Assembly (NCBI GenBank): GCA_963788085.1
Contig: CAWBFS010000016.1
Location: 4,639 to 68,638 of the forward strand
Direction of reading: 5' to 3'
DNA: 64,000 bases
From: an uncultured Alphaproteobacteria bacterium
GTDB lineage: Bacteria > Pseudomonadota > Alphaproteobacteria > ATCC43930 > CGMCC-115725
Shown here: piece by piece, positions 1 through 9,231 of the stretch
Layout of the letters: each line of letters begins with the position of its first letter
Numbering within the stretch: the stretch's first letter is position 1
Translations under genes and position numbers: made by a program
The notes under the pieces: generated by a model
What the model saw: the letters and a program-made list of their open reading frames with translations, nothing else
The model's database searches: none
What the model was told of the DNA's origin: nothing

Positions 1-96
1 GCCTCGCAAGAGGCCCAAGGGCGGCAGGCGCATTACGAGACGATCGGCCGCATCCTCTTCGGCCTCGCGCCGGATACCGCGATGTTCGCCTTTTAG
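1..96 (+). CDS. 3' end of an unidentified CDS entering from the left edge (partial)
   Basis: Frame 1 is open from nt 1 to TAG at 94-96 with GC-rich third positions. Too short to assign a family. Confidence 0.3.
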   Translation, partial: ASQEAQGRQAHYETIGRILFGLAPDTAMFAF

Positions 97-174
97 CGCA
101 ACGCGAAATCGTGCAATTCTCGCGCTGTCTCTCTACATTCTTCCCAGCCTCTTACAAGAAAGGAGTGTCCGGAC

Positions 175-1110
175 ATGACACCAGCATCACAGAAATTTAC
201 CGCCGGCCCCCTGACATTCGTCGTCAGGCACGAGTTGTGGGACGGCAACATCCAGGATCATGCCGACCAGGGTGTCTCGATCGCCGTGATGGCGGATGTC
301 GCCGGCAAAGCGACGACCCTCTTGCGGTTCAACTGCTTCGACTTTGAAAAAAGCTACGAGTACGGCCCGGAAAATCCCGATCTGAAAGTTGCCGGGCCGG
401 AGATGCTGGGTGGCGCATCCCTGACGAACCTCTACCGGATGGACCCCGTCACTGACGGGAACCCGATCGGCTGGACGATCAAGACGCTCGGGACGAAGCT
501 GCCGAAAATGCTGGAGCGGGCCGGCTATCCGCAAATCGCCAAGGCGACCGACATGTCAGAGGTTCGGGATATCCTGCCCGATCTGGAGGCCTGCGCTCGT
601 GAGCTCTATGCGACCAAACGGAATACGGTCAAACACAACCGCGGCACGCACATCTTCGAAGCCGGCAACATCCGGTTCGGGCTCGAGATGCGGCGGCTGC
701 CGATGGGCGATGGCGGCCTCGCGATCCATGTCCTGGCCGATATCGGCGGCACGCCGGGCAAGGCCTACACGGAAGAAACCGAGCTCCTGGCCTTCGACCA
801 TTTCTGGAACGGCGCGCATTACCACTACGGGCCCCGCAACAAGAACCACCGCATCTATTGGGACCGGACATTGGTCGAAGATCCGCTCGCCTGGACCTTG
901 GAGCAGTTCGAGACCGGAAAATTGCGGGCGATGATCGAGCGCGCCGGCTATCCGGGGATTGCGGCCGATCTCGATGCGGACAAGATCGCCTCCGTTCTTC
1001 CGGCGATGAAGAAGCAGGCGCTCGAGATGTGGGCGGAAGGCGAGAGATTGACGGGTCACCCGGGGTTGCCGCTCGAGCCGACACCCAACCTGGCTGCCGC
1101 CGCCGAATAA
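175..1110 (+). CDS. Hypothetical protein made of two tandem homologous halves
   Basis: 311-aa ORF with AAAGGAG Shine-Dalgarno about 10 nt upstream of the ATG. The halves (about aa 8-150 and 160-300) share motifs GxxIxVxADxxG, LLxFxxF, YGP and ERAGYPxIA. No family recognised. Confidence 0.7.
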   Translation: MTPASQKFTAGPLTFVVRHELWDGNIQDHADQGVSIAVMADVAGKATTLLRFNCFDFEKSYEYGPENPDLKVAGPEMLGGASLTNLYRMDPVTDGNPIGWTIKTLGTKLPKMLERAGYPQIAKATDMSEVRDILPDLEACARELYATKRNTVKHNRGTHIFEAGNIRFGLEMRRLPMGDGGLAIHVLADIGGTPGKAYTEETELLAFDHFWNGAHYHYGPRNKNHRIYWDRTLVEDPLAWTLEQFETGKLRAMIERAGYPGIAADLDADKIASVLPAMKKQALEMWAEGERLTGHPGLPLEPTPNLAAAAE

Positions 1111-1156
1111 GCGCACGACGCAGAGCCGCGCGTCTGCACCGGAGGCCTTGCTCAGA

Positions 1157-1182
1157 CAACCCGGCTCGACGCGGCCGGGTTG
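1157..1182 (+). terminator. Hairpin downstream of the 175-1110 CDS
   Basis: Perfect 9-bp stem CAACCCGGC / GCCGGGTTG with a 8-nt loop, followed by TTG; the T-tract is weak. Confidence 0.45.
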
Positions 1183-1234
1183 TTGCGCTCTATAAACCCA
1201 GCCACGCATCCGTAGCACCCTTGGAGGTTTAGGA

Positions 1235-2113
1235 ATGACCGACACACCCGAATACACGCCGCCCAATGTCTGGACTTGGAACAAGCCGAGCGGCGGCAGA
1301 TTCGAGAACATCAACCGCCCGATCGCGGGTGCCACGCACGAGAAAGAGCTGCCGATCGGCCGCCACCCCCTGCAGCTGTACTCGCAGGGCACACCGAACG
1401 GTGTCAAGGTCACGATCATGCTCGAAGAGCTGCTGGCCCTCGGTCATAAGGGCGCGGAGTACGATGCCTGGCTGATCCGGATCGGTGAGGGCGATCAGTT
1501 CAGCAGCGGCTTCGTCGCGATCAATCCGAATTCGAAGATCCCGGCGCTGGTGGACCGCAGCGGCCCGAAGCCGATCCGGATCTTCGAGACCGGCGCAATC
1601 CTGATGCACCTCGCCGAGAAATTCGGCGAGTTTCTGCCGACGGAGCCCGCCGAGCGCGCCGAATGCCTGTCGTGGCTGTTCTGGCAGATGGGGAGCACGC
1701 CCTATGTCGGCGGCGGCTTCGGCCACTTCTACGCCTATGCACCAGTCAAGATCGAATATGCGATCGACCGCTTTACGATGGAGACGAAGCGCCTCTTGGA
1801 CGTGCTCGACCGCCGCCTGGCGGAAAGCAAGTATGTCGCGGGCCCGGACTACACGATCGCCGACATCGCGATCTTCCCGTGGTATGGCGGGCTGGCGAAA
1901 TTCAACCAGTACGGGGCGGCCGAATTCCTCGCCGTCCACGAGTACAAGAACGTGCAGCGCTGGGCCGACACGCTCCTCGAACGGCCGGCCGTGAAGCGCG
2001 GGCGCATGGTCAACCGCACCGCCGGCGAGCCCTCGAGCCAGTTGCACGAGCGCCACGACGCCAGCGACTTCGAGACGAAGACGCAGGACAAGCTCGCCGC
2101 CGCCGCGGAATAA
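1235..2113 (+). CDS. yghU: Nu-class glutathione S-transferase YghU
   Basis: 292 aa, collinear with E. coli YghU as I remember it (VWTW.K..GG.F.NINRP..G.THEK.LP.G.HPLQLYS.GTPNG.KVTIMLEELLALG, HERHDASDFE). GGAGG Shine-Dalgarno. Confidence 0.9.
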   Translation: MTDTPEYTPPNVWTWNKPSGGRFENINRPIAGATHEKELPIGRHPLQLYSQGTPNGVKVTIMLEELLALGHKGAEYDAWLIRIGEGDQFSSGFVAINPNSKIPALVDRSGPKPIRIFETGAILMHLAEKFGEFLPTEPAERAECLSWLFWQMGSTPYVGGGFGHFYAYAPVKIEYAIDRFTMETKRLLDVLDRRLAESKYVAGPDYTIADIAIFPWYGGLAKFNQYGAAEFLAVHEYKNVQRWADTLLERPAVKRGRMVNRTAGEPSSQLHERHDASDFETKTQDKLAAAAE

Positions 2114-2126
2114 GCAAGGTGCCTCC

Positions 2127-2151
2127 CTCTCTGCCCCTTAGGGGCGGAGAG
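2127..2151. repeat. GC-rich REP-like hairpin
   Basis: CTCTCTGCCCC-TTA-GGGGCGGAGAG, an 11-bp stem with one mismatch, just after the yghU stop. Same style as the element at 48654-48677. Confidence 0.5.
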
Positions 2152-2177
2152 CGCGCAGACTGTGGTCAAGGCAGTTG

Positions 2178-2567
2178 TCAAAGCCCTCCCCCTCGATGGG
2201 GGAGGGTTGGGAGGGGGTGACACCGCAAGTTTTCGGCGATCGTCGAACGCACGCCTTCGAGGTTCGACAGCACCTCGTTATTCCAGAAGCGTACAACCCG
2301 GTAGCCCTGGGCTTGGAGGAAGCGGGTTCGCTCTGCGTCCTGCGGCGCCGACCCTTGGTGTGGGCCGCCGTCAATTTCGATAATCAGGCGCGCGTCGTGG
2401 CAGACAAAATCGGCAATGTAACGCCCCAGAGGCACTTGCCGGCGGAATCTGTGTCCGTCGATTTGATACAACCGCAAGATCCGCCAGACGCTTTTCTCGG
2501 CGTCAGTCATATCTCGTCGTAAGGATCGGGCACGCTCCCGCGCCCCGGCAATCGGACGCTTCTTCAT
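2178..2567 (-). CDS. DUF559 (Vsr-like, PD-(D/E)XK) endonuclease-domain protein
   Basis: Family-typical sequence RSLRRDMTDAEKSVWRILR...GHRFRRQVPLGRYIADFVCHDARLIIEIDGGPH...RTRFLQAQGYRVVRFWNNEV. I chose the ATG at 2567; the longer ORF to 2768 only reads through repeats. Confidence 0.8.
   Translation of the reverse strand: MKKRPIAGARERARSLRRDMTDAEKSVWRILRLYQIDGHRFRRQVPLGRYIADFVCHDARLIIEIDGGPHQGSAPQDAERTRFLQAQGYRVVRFWNNEVLSNLEGVRSTIAENLRCHPLPTLPHRGGGL
2181..2221. repeat. Left 41-nt inverted repeat flanking DUF559
   Basis: AAGCCCTCCCCCTCGATGGGGGAGGGTTGGGAGGGGGTGAC equals the reverse complement of 2590-2630 at 40/41 positions. It contains its own hairpin CCCTCCCCC-N5-GGGGGAGGG. Confidence 0.9.
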
Positions 2568-2589
2568 TTCGGCATTAGCCTTTCCACTT

Positions 2590-2630
2590 GTCACCCCCTC
2601 CCAGCCCTCCCCCATCGAGGGGGAGGGCTT
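2590..2630. repeat. Right 41-nt inverted repeat flanking DUF559
   Basis: GTCACCCCCTCCCAGCCCTCCCCCATCGAGGGGGAGGGCTT, reverse-complement partner of 2181-2221. It starts 23 nt upstream of the DUF559 ATG. Confidence 0.9.
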
Positions 2631-2637
2631 AACCGCT

Positions 2638-2677
2638 CCCTCCGCCTTGATGGGGGAGGGCTGGGGTGGGGGTGATG
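2638..2677. repeat. Third, degenerate copy of the same repeat (orientation as the left copy)
   Basis: CCCTCCGCCTTGATGGGGGAGGGCTGGGGTGGGGGTGAT, about 31/37 identical to the left copy and head-to-head with 2590-2630. Confidence 0.7.
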
Positions 2678-2754
2678 TGGCGCACGGGTCCTGATCATCG
2701 GGATCTGGGATAACGGCGATTGAAATCATCGGCTCCAGCGCTCTGCGACGGCGG

Positions 2755-5700
2755 TCAGCCGGCAGCATCGAGACCGGCGGGGCTTTCGAGGTTGTCGAGG
2801 AGGGTGCGTGCGGCTTGCAGGTCGGCGGTGTCGAGGCCTTCGGTGAACCAGGCGAGGATCGGGGCGAGCAGGGCGACCGCTTCTTGCGGCCGGCCCTGCT
2901 GTCGGCGCAGGCGGGCGAGGCTCATGGCACCGCGCAATTCCCAGGACTTTGCGTTCTGCCGGCGCGCGACGTCAATGCCCTTCTCGATGGCCGCCTCGAC
3001 CTCGCTCACCGTCCCCGCGCCGGCGAGCAAGGCCTCGCCCCTGAGCCGATAAAGCTCCGCTTCGAGCGGCGCTCCCCCCGCCTTTTCGACCGCCTTCAGC
3101 CCGGCAGCGGCCGATACAAGCGCCGCTTCGGGCTTGCCGATCGCCAATTGCGCATCGGCCTGGAACGCCAACAGCATATGTTGGCAAGACCCAAGACCGT
3201 AGCCGTCCACCCCTTGTCCAATTTGGGCCAGTCCCTTCTCGCTTTCGCCAGAGGCGCCGAGCGCCCATCCGTTCGCGCAAAGGGCGACCGCGTGATACTG
3301 CGCGATGCGGTGCTCCTCGCAGATCCTCAAAGCCCGTCCGGCATAGTCGGCGGCCGCCGACGGCTCGCGGCGAAAGATGTGAACGAACGCAACGAAACAC
3401 AGCGTTTGGGCGAGGGTATACGGGTGCCCGAGCGTCTCGGCGCTTCTGACCGCTGCTCTCAGCTCATCGAGGGACCGATCCAGGTAACCGAGCATCCAGG
3501 AAATTTGCGCCAGGTAGAACTGGCATTGCACGCCGGGGTTAGCACCCGGCCAATCCGGGAATCCCATGTTCAGATCGAACATCTCAAGGCCACGCCGAAA
3601 TTGTGCAAGCGCCAGCTTGAGTTTCCCCTGCCAATACAGCGTCACGCCCACCATCATGTGCGCCCCGACAAGACGGGCCGCATCGTCAAGCCGTTCGGCG
3701 ACAAGCAACGCCTCCTCGGCGAAATGCTGCGCCTTCTCCATTTCGAGTAGGTTCAAATGGTTGAGCTGCAGGCCGCGGAGCGCCGTGAACTCGCGGGAGT
3801 GATCCCCGAGTCTGCCGACAGAGTTCCCATGCCCGCGCATAGGCTCGGCCGATGTCGGGGTGGCGGAGATTCTTGGTCGCGACCAGGGCGGGACCAAGCG
3901 CCATTTGCAAGTCCAGCTCGCGCTCGGCCCGCTCGCGCATATCCGATAGCGCTTCGACCAGCGCCAGGCCTCGGCGAAATTGGTCGATCGCTTCGAGGTT
4001 CGCCGACTTGCTCGCCGCGGCCACGCCGGCTGTGAGCCAGTACGCAATCGCCTGCGCCGGGCAGTTCGCTTCGGTGTAGTGATGCGCCACCAATTCCGGT
4101 TGCGTGCTCGCCACCTCGGGAAAGCGCTCCTCCAGCAGCTTTGCCACCTGCTGGTGATATTGCTGGCGGGTGCGCTTCAGCAGCGATTGGTAGGCCGCAT
4201 CCTGAATCAGCGCATGCTTGAACAGATAGCGCGACCGCGGCGGGCGGCCGCGCTGGTAGAGCAGCTCGTCGACCACCAGCTGGCCGAGACCGCTCTGCAA
4301 CATCTCTTCCTCGATCCCGGCCAAGGCGCTGATCATGTCATAGGCAAACTCGCGTCCCAGCACGGAGCCCAATTGGGCGACTTCGCGCAGCCGCGGCGCC
4401 CGATCGAGCCGCGCCATCAGCAAATCCTGCAATGTCTCCGGGATGTGCAATTGCGCCAGCGCGCCCCTGAGCACGTAGGCCTCGCCGCGGGCCTCGAGCA
4501 CCCCCGAACCGAGGATGGCCTTGGTCAGCTCCTCGACGTAGAGCGGCACGCCGTCGGCCTTGGCGACGATATGATCGACCACCTCGCCGGGCAGCGGCCG
4601 GCCGCCGGAGAGATGACTGACCATCGTCTCGACCTCCGGCCGCTCCAGGCGGTTGAGCGTGATCGGAATCATGTGCGAGCGTTGCGGCCAGGGCGGCGTC
4701 AATTCCGGCCGATAGGTCGCGACGACCAGCATCGCCGCGGTCGGCGCCTGCTCGATCAGCATGCCCAACGTTTCCAATGTCGTCGGATCGGCCCAGTGCA
4801 AATCCTCCCAGGCCATCAGCACCGGGGTGCGCTCGGCCGTTTCGATCAGCCAGGCAACGATCGCATCGAGGGTCGCATCGCGCTGCTGCTGCGCCGTCAT
4901 CTGAAGGCGCGGATAGCGGTCCTCCGGCGCCGGCACAGACATCAAATCGGCGAATAACCTGACACTCTCGGAGCGGGGCAAGGTCTTGAAGCCGGCGAGC
5001 CCGGCTTCGAGCTTCGCCAGGTGCTGCGGTGCGGTATCCTCCGGCTGCCAGCCGAACACGCGCTTCAAATGTTCGATGATCGGATGGAAAGGCGCTCGCC
5101 GTGTGAAACGGCGAGCAGCGGATCGCCACCCAGATGTGGTCCTTGCCGGCCGCCTCCCGCAATCCTTCCACCAGGCGGGACTTGCCGACCCCGGCTTCCC
5201 CCTGGATCAGCACGACCTGGCCGCGGCCGTGGCTACTGCCGTCCCAGGCGCGCAACAGCAGCCCCATCTCCTCCTGGCGCCCGACGAGGGGTGCGCGACT
5301 CCCGGTCCGGGTTGCGGCAAACCGGCTCTCGACATCCCGCGCCGACAGGACGCGCCACGCCGGCACCGGCTCGGCGAACCCCTTGAGCTCATGAGGCCCC
5401 GAGATCCTCGAGGTCGAAGTGATCGCCGAGCATCGCGCGCGTCGCCGCGCTGACGACGATCTGGTTCGGCTGCGCCAATGCCTGCAGACGCGCCGCCAGG
5501 TTCGGCGTCTCGCCGACGACCGCGGTCTCCGATGCCGTTCCTTCGCCGATCTGGTCGCCGACGATCACCGGTCCGGTGGCGATGCCGATCCGCACCGCGA
5601 GCTCGACCCCGGGCGGCCTCGGGACCGCGGCATTCAGCTCCGCCATCGCATCGACGATATCGAGACCCGCCCGCGCCGAACGCTCGGCCTCGTCCTCATG

Positions 5701-6190
5701 GGCGCGCGGGTAGCCGAAATAGACGAGGATGCCGTCGCCCATGTACTTCGCGACAAAGCCGTCGTAATGCCGGATCGCCGCGCTGCACCGGCTCTGAAAC
5801 GACGCGATCACATCGCGCAAATCTTCGGGGTCCATCCCGGTCGAGAGTGCGGTCGACCCCACCAGGTCGCAAAACATCACGGTCAGCTGGCGGCGCTCGG
5901 CCTCCGGCGCCGCGGCGATCGCGGCCGGCGCAGGCGAAACCGGCGGCAGGGCGATCGGCGCGGCAACCGGTGCAAATGCCGGAGGCGGGGCATCGCCGGT
6001 CTCGAAGAGGGCCGCGCCGACGAAGGCAAGCCCTTGTCCGCCCTCGTCGACCGCCAGGCGCTTGACGATCAGCTCGTGGCGGACGTCCTCGAGCGTCTCG
6101 TCGTCGAGCCCGAATTCCTTCTGCAGCCGCCGATAGCTGACCCGCTTCTCCAGGTACAGCAGGCCGACGACGAAGGTCAGGGTCTGCGAG
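2755..6190 (-). pseudogene. Class III adenylate/guanylate cyclase - AAA ATPase - TPR signalling protein, disrupted
   Basis: Four collinear ORF pieces: the cyclase domain (LTVMFCDLVGST...YMGDGILVYFG...VVGETPNLAARLQ), a P-loop (GEAGVGKSRL), an NTPase core and TPR repeats. Single-nt frame changes lie near 5397-5400, 5086 and 3811. No usable start codon precedes the conserved N-terminus HNFSQTL. Confidence 0.8.
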
Positions 6191-6220
6191 AAGTTGTGAT
6201 GGCGCGCACCCGCTCCAATT

Positions 6221-7216
6221 TCAGTCCAGCACTTCCTTGTTGACGACGTTGTCGCGGATCGGCTTGCCGTCGAGGACGCTGAGGATGTTCTCGACGGCGG
6301 CGACGCCCATGCGGTCGACGGCCTCGCGCGTGACGCCGGCGACATGCGGGGCGGCGATGAAGTTCGGCAGGGTCAGGAGCGGGTTGTCCTGCGGGGTCGG
6401 CTCCTGGTCGAAGACGTCGAGCGCGGCGCCGGCGATGCGGTTCGCCTTCAGCACCTCGTAAAGCGCCTTCTCGTCGATGATGCCGCCGCGCGCGGTGTTG
6501 ACGATGAAGGCGGTCCGTTTCATATGCGCGAGCCGTGCGGCGTCGAAGAGGCCGGTCGTCTCCGGCGTTTTCGGGCAGTGGATCGTGATGAAATCGGCGC
6601 GCGCCACCGCCGCGTCGAGATCCTGTACCGGCTCGTAGCCCATGCCATGGATCGTCTCCGAATACGTATACGGGTCGTAGACCAGCACGTGGGTCTCCAT
6701 CGCCGCGAAGCGCTTGGCCGAGCGCGTGCCGATCTTGCCAAAGCCGATGATCAGCACGGTCTTGCCGTAGAGATCGACCGGCATCTCCTTGTAGCGGTCT
6801 TGCCAGCGCCCTTCCCTGACCAGCCTGTCCATCGCCGCGCCGCGGCGGGCCAACGACATGATGAGGAAAACCCCGGCCTCGGCGACAGTGACCGAATTGG
6901 CGGTGCCGCCGATCATCAACGGGATCTTGCGGCGGGTAAGCGCCGGCACGTCGACCGCGTCGTAACCGACGCCGATGCGCGAGACGACTTCGAGCTCGGG
7001 CGCGGCGTCGAGCTCGGGGTCGCTGAACGGCTGCACGCCGAGCGCGACCCCGGCGACATCTTCCAACAGCCGGTGGAGCTCGGCCTTGGGCACGGTAGGC
7101 ACGAAGGAAACTCCCTCGACATCGTCGCGCCCCTCGACGAGCGCCCATCCGGCCTTCGACATCGTCGTCGGCAGCAGCAGCTTTTTTCTGTTGGTCCCCG
7201 TGGTACTGGTCGCCAT
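6221..7216 (-). CDS. D-isomer-specific 2-hydroxyacid dehydrogenase (PGDH-like)
   Basis: Motifs GKTVLIIGFGKIGT, ARGGIIDE and NFIAAPHVAG. ATG at 7216 is preceded by GAGGA. Confidence 0.8.
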   Translation of the reverse strand: MATSTTGTNRKKLLLPTTMSKAGWALVEGRDDVEGVSFVPTVPKAELHRLLEDVAGVALGVQPFSDPELDAAPELEVVSRIGVGYDAVDVPALTRRKIPLMIGGTANSVTVAEAGVFLIMSLARRGAAMDRLVREGRWQDRYKEMPVDLYGKTVLIIGFGKIGTRSAKRFAAMETHVLVYDPYTYSETIHGMGYEPVQDLDAAVARADFITIHCPKTPETTGLFDAARLAHMKRTAFIVNTARGGIIDEKALYEVLKANRIAGAALDVFDQEPTPQDNPLLTLPNFIAAPHVAGVTREAVDRMGVAAVENILSVLDGKPIRDNVVNKEVLD

Positions 7217-7302
7217 TTTCGGTCCTCGGATGGTTGGGGTTAGAGGTTGCGCGAACAAGAAAGCAGCACTGCGGCGTCTGGCCTGACCCCGACCCGTTCA
7301 GC

Positions 7303-8232
7303 CTAGGTCCTGCCCCGTCTGGGGTCCTGCGTCTGATAACCGGGCACATCCGTCGCCGGCGCGCGGAGCTCGGCGCCGGCCATCGCCTCGAGGATCCGCG
7401 CGGCGATCGGAAAGCCTTCCTGCCCCCAGCCCCGCGCCTGGGCGCGGCTCAGCACGTCATGCGCGAGGAGCCCGAGATGGGCGGGCGCACCGACCTCACG
7501 CGCCAAGCCGCAGGCGAGGTCGAGATCTTTCGCGACGATGTCGAGGGTTCCGCCGGCGGTGAACGTACCCGGCAGAACCGAGCGCGGGATATTGTCGAAG
7601 GTCCGGCTGGCACCAGCGCTCACCGGAACGATCTGCGCCAGCACGCCGAGATCGATGCCCGCCTTGGCGCCGATCAGCATGCCTTCGAGCGCCGCGATGA
7701 AATTGGTATAGCCGAGATACTGGGTGACCAGCTTCGCGATGCAGCCGGCCCCTGCCCCGCCGACATGGAAGATGTTCCCGGCCATCGCCGCGAGCAGCGG
7801 CCGGTAGCGAGCGAAGGCCGCCTCGTCGCCGCCGACCATGACCGTCATCGTCGGGGGACGACCGCTGACCGGCGCGTCGAGCATGTCGACGCCGCGCGCC
7901 CGGCAAGCCTCGGCGACGCGCCGCGCCACCGATGGCGCATTCGTGGTCATATCGATATAAGCGCCACCGTCCTGCTGTAATCCGGCGAGGATCCCGTTCA
8001 TGGGGTCGAGCGCGGCATGCTCTACCTCGGTCGGGCCGGGCAATGAGGTGAACACGACCTCGCTCCGGCGGGCGACGGCAGCCGGATTTTCGGCCGAGCG
8101 TGCGCCACGGGCACAAAGCTCGGCGATGGCATCGGACCTGACATCGTAGACCGTCAGCTGGTGGCCGGCATCGATCAAACAGCCGGCCATTGGCGCACCC
8201 ATCGTCCCCGTACCGACAAAACCCAGCCGCAT
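7303..8232 (-). CDS. NAD(P)-dependent oxidoreductase, 3-hydroxyisobutyrate dehydrogenase family
   Basis: N-terminal MRLGFVGTGTMGAPMA Rossmann motif; 309 aa, family-typical length. Confidence 0.8.
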   Translation of the reverse strand: MRLGFVGTGTMGAPMAGCLIDAGHQLTVYDVRSDAIAELCARGARSAENPAAVARRSEVVFTSLPGPTEVEHAALDPMNGILAGLQQDGGAYIDMTTNAPSVARRVAEACRARGVDMLDAPVSGRPPTMTVMVGGDEAAFARYRPLLAAMAGNIFHVGGAGAGCIAKLVTQYLGYTNFIAALEGMLIGAKAGIDLGVLAQIVPVSAGASRTFDNIPRSVLPGTFTAGGTLDIVAKDLDLACGLAREVGAPAHLGLLAHDVLSRAQARGWGQEGFPIAARILEAMAGAELRAPATDVPGYQTQDPRRGRT

Positions 8233-8305
8233 CGGATTTGCCTCTCGCTCGAGGCAAAGAAGCTAACCTGCGGCGTCGATCGAGACAACCGGCGGCCGGC
8301 AGCCG

Positions 8306-8791
8306 CTAGTCGCGGAAATTCACGTATTGCAGCGGCTGCTCTATCTTCATGCCGCGGGCGACAGAGATCGCCGCCTGCAGATCGTCGCGCTTCTTGCCGG
8401 TGACGCGCAGCTCGTCGCCCTGGATCGACACCTGCACCTTCAGCTTGCTGTCCTTGATCTCGCGGATCAGCTGCCTTGCAAGATCGGCGTCAATGCCTTG
8501 CCGCAGCACAATCGTTTGCTTCAGTGTATTGCCCGACGCCTTCTCCGGCGCCTTGTAGTCCAAAGCCGCGGGATCGACCTTGCGCCGCGTCATATGCACC
8601 TTCAACAACTCATGCATCTGCTTCAGCTTGAGATCGTCGTCGGCGATGACGTTGAGCACGCTTTCCTGTCGCTCGACCTTGCATTTGCTGCCCTTGAAGT
8701 CGAAGCGCGTGCCGATCTCGCGGGTAATTCCGGCAAGGGCGTTGTCGACTTCGGCAAGCTCGATCCGCGAAACGATGTCGAAGCTCGGCAT
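8306..8791 (-). CDS. yajQ: YajQ-family nucleotide (c-di-GMP)-binding protein, UPF0234
   Basis: MPSFDIVS...FDFKGS...LKVQVSIQGDELRVTGKKRDDLQ over 161 aa. GGAGGA Shine-Dalgarno before the ATG at 8791. Confidence 0.85.
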   Translation of the reverse strand: MPSFDIVSRIELAEVDNALAGITREIGTRFDFKGSKCKVERQESVLNVIADDDLKLKQMHELLKVHMTRRKVDPAALDYKAPEKASGNTLKQTIVLRQGIDADLARQLIREIKDSKLKVQVSIQGDELRVTGKKRDDLQAAISVARGMKIEQPLQYVNFRD

Positions 8792-8850
8792 GGCCGCCTC
8801 CTCCGCTTCAAAAACATTTCTGCCCGATATAGCGCGCCGGCGAACCAAAA

Positions 8851-9174
8851 TCAGCGCCGATCAGGTGGCTCCTGTCCAGGTCGAGTAAAGACCGGCTGAT
8901 CCATGATCGATTGAAGGTAAGCCTTGATCCGCCGGTAGCCGGCGTCGCACGGCAACCGCCGTGGCGGCACGGTCGTCGCCTCGCCGCTTTCGGCGAGCCG
9001 ACCCCAACGCGCGACCGCCGCGCGCAGCTCCGGGTCGGTCAGAATGAATTCCACCACCTGGTTCTGCGTACCCAGGCTGGGGGCGCCATTCTCCTCGCTC
9101 AACTCGCGGTAAACCTCGATGGCATAGGCGAGCGCTTGCCGGATCAATACGGTGTCTTCGGTGATGGCGGGCAT
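8851..9174 (-). CDS. Hypothetical protein
   Basis: 107-aa ORF on the same strand, ending 60 nt upstream of the yajQ ATG. No family recognised. Confidence 0.4.
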   Translation of the reverse strand: MPAITEDTVLIRQALAYAIEVYRELSEENGAPSLGTQNQVVEFILTDPELRAAVARWGRLAESGEATTVPPRRLPCDAGYRRIKAYLQSIMDQPVFTRPGQEPPDRR

Positions 9175-9231
9175 GGGGTCTCGGTTCTGGATGCTCTCAT
9201 TGCGAACACCGCGGCACCCGGCGGGTTCTCG

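Noticed and set aside
556-1419. Long antisense ORFs, for example 556-1419(-), 14941-16200(-), 21096-22409(-), 31607-33133(-), 46958-48121(-) and 56206-57693(-).
   Set aside because: Each lies opposite a gene with strong family motifs. Their translations are Arg/Pro/Gly/Ala-rich with no recognisable domains. Shadow ORFs of this length are expected at about 65% GC.
2568-2768. N-terminal extension of the DUF559 ORF to 196 aa (PPPQPSPIKAEG...PSPSMGEGWEGV).
   Set aside because: The extension is just the translation of the palindromic repeats. The conserved domain starts after the internal Met at 2567.
5389-6345. Using the Met at 6345 as the start of the cyclase ORF.
   Set aside because: It would overlap the convergently read 3' end of the dehydrogenase gene by about 125 nt and add an Ala/Ser/Pro/Arg-rich non-homologous extension. 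The conserved N-terminus begins near 6190.
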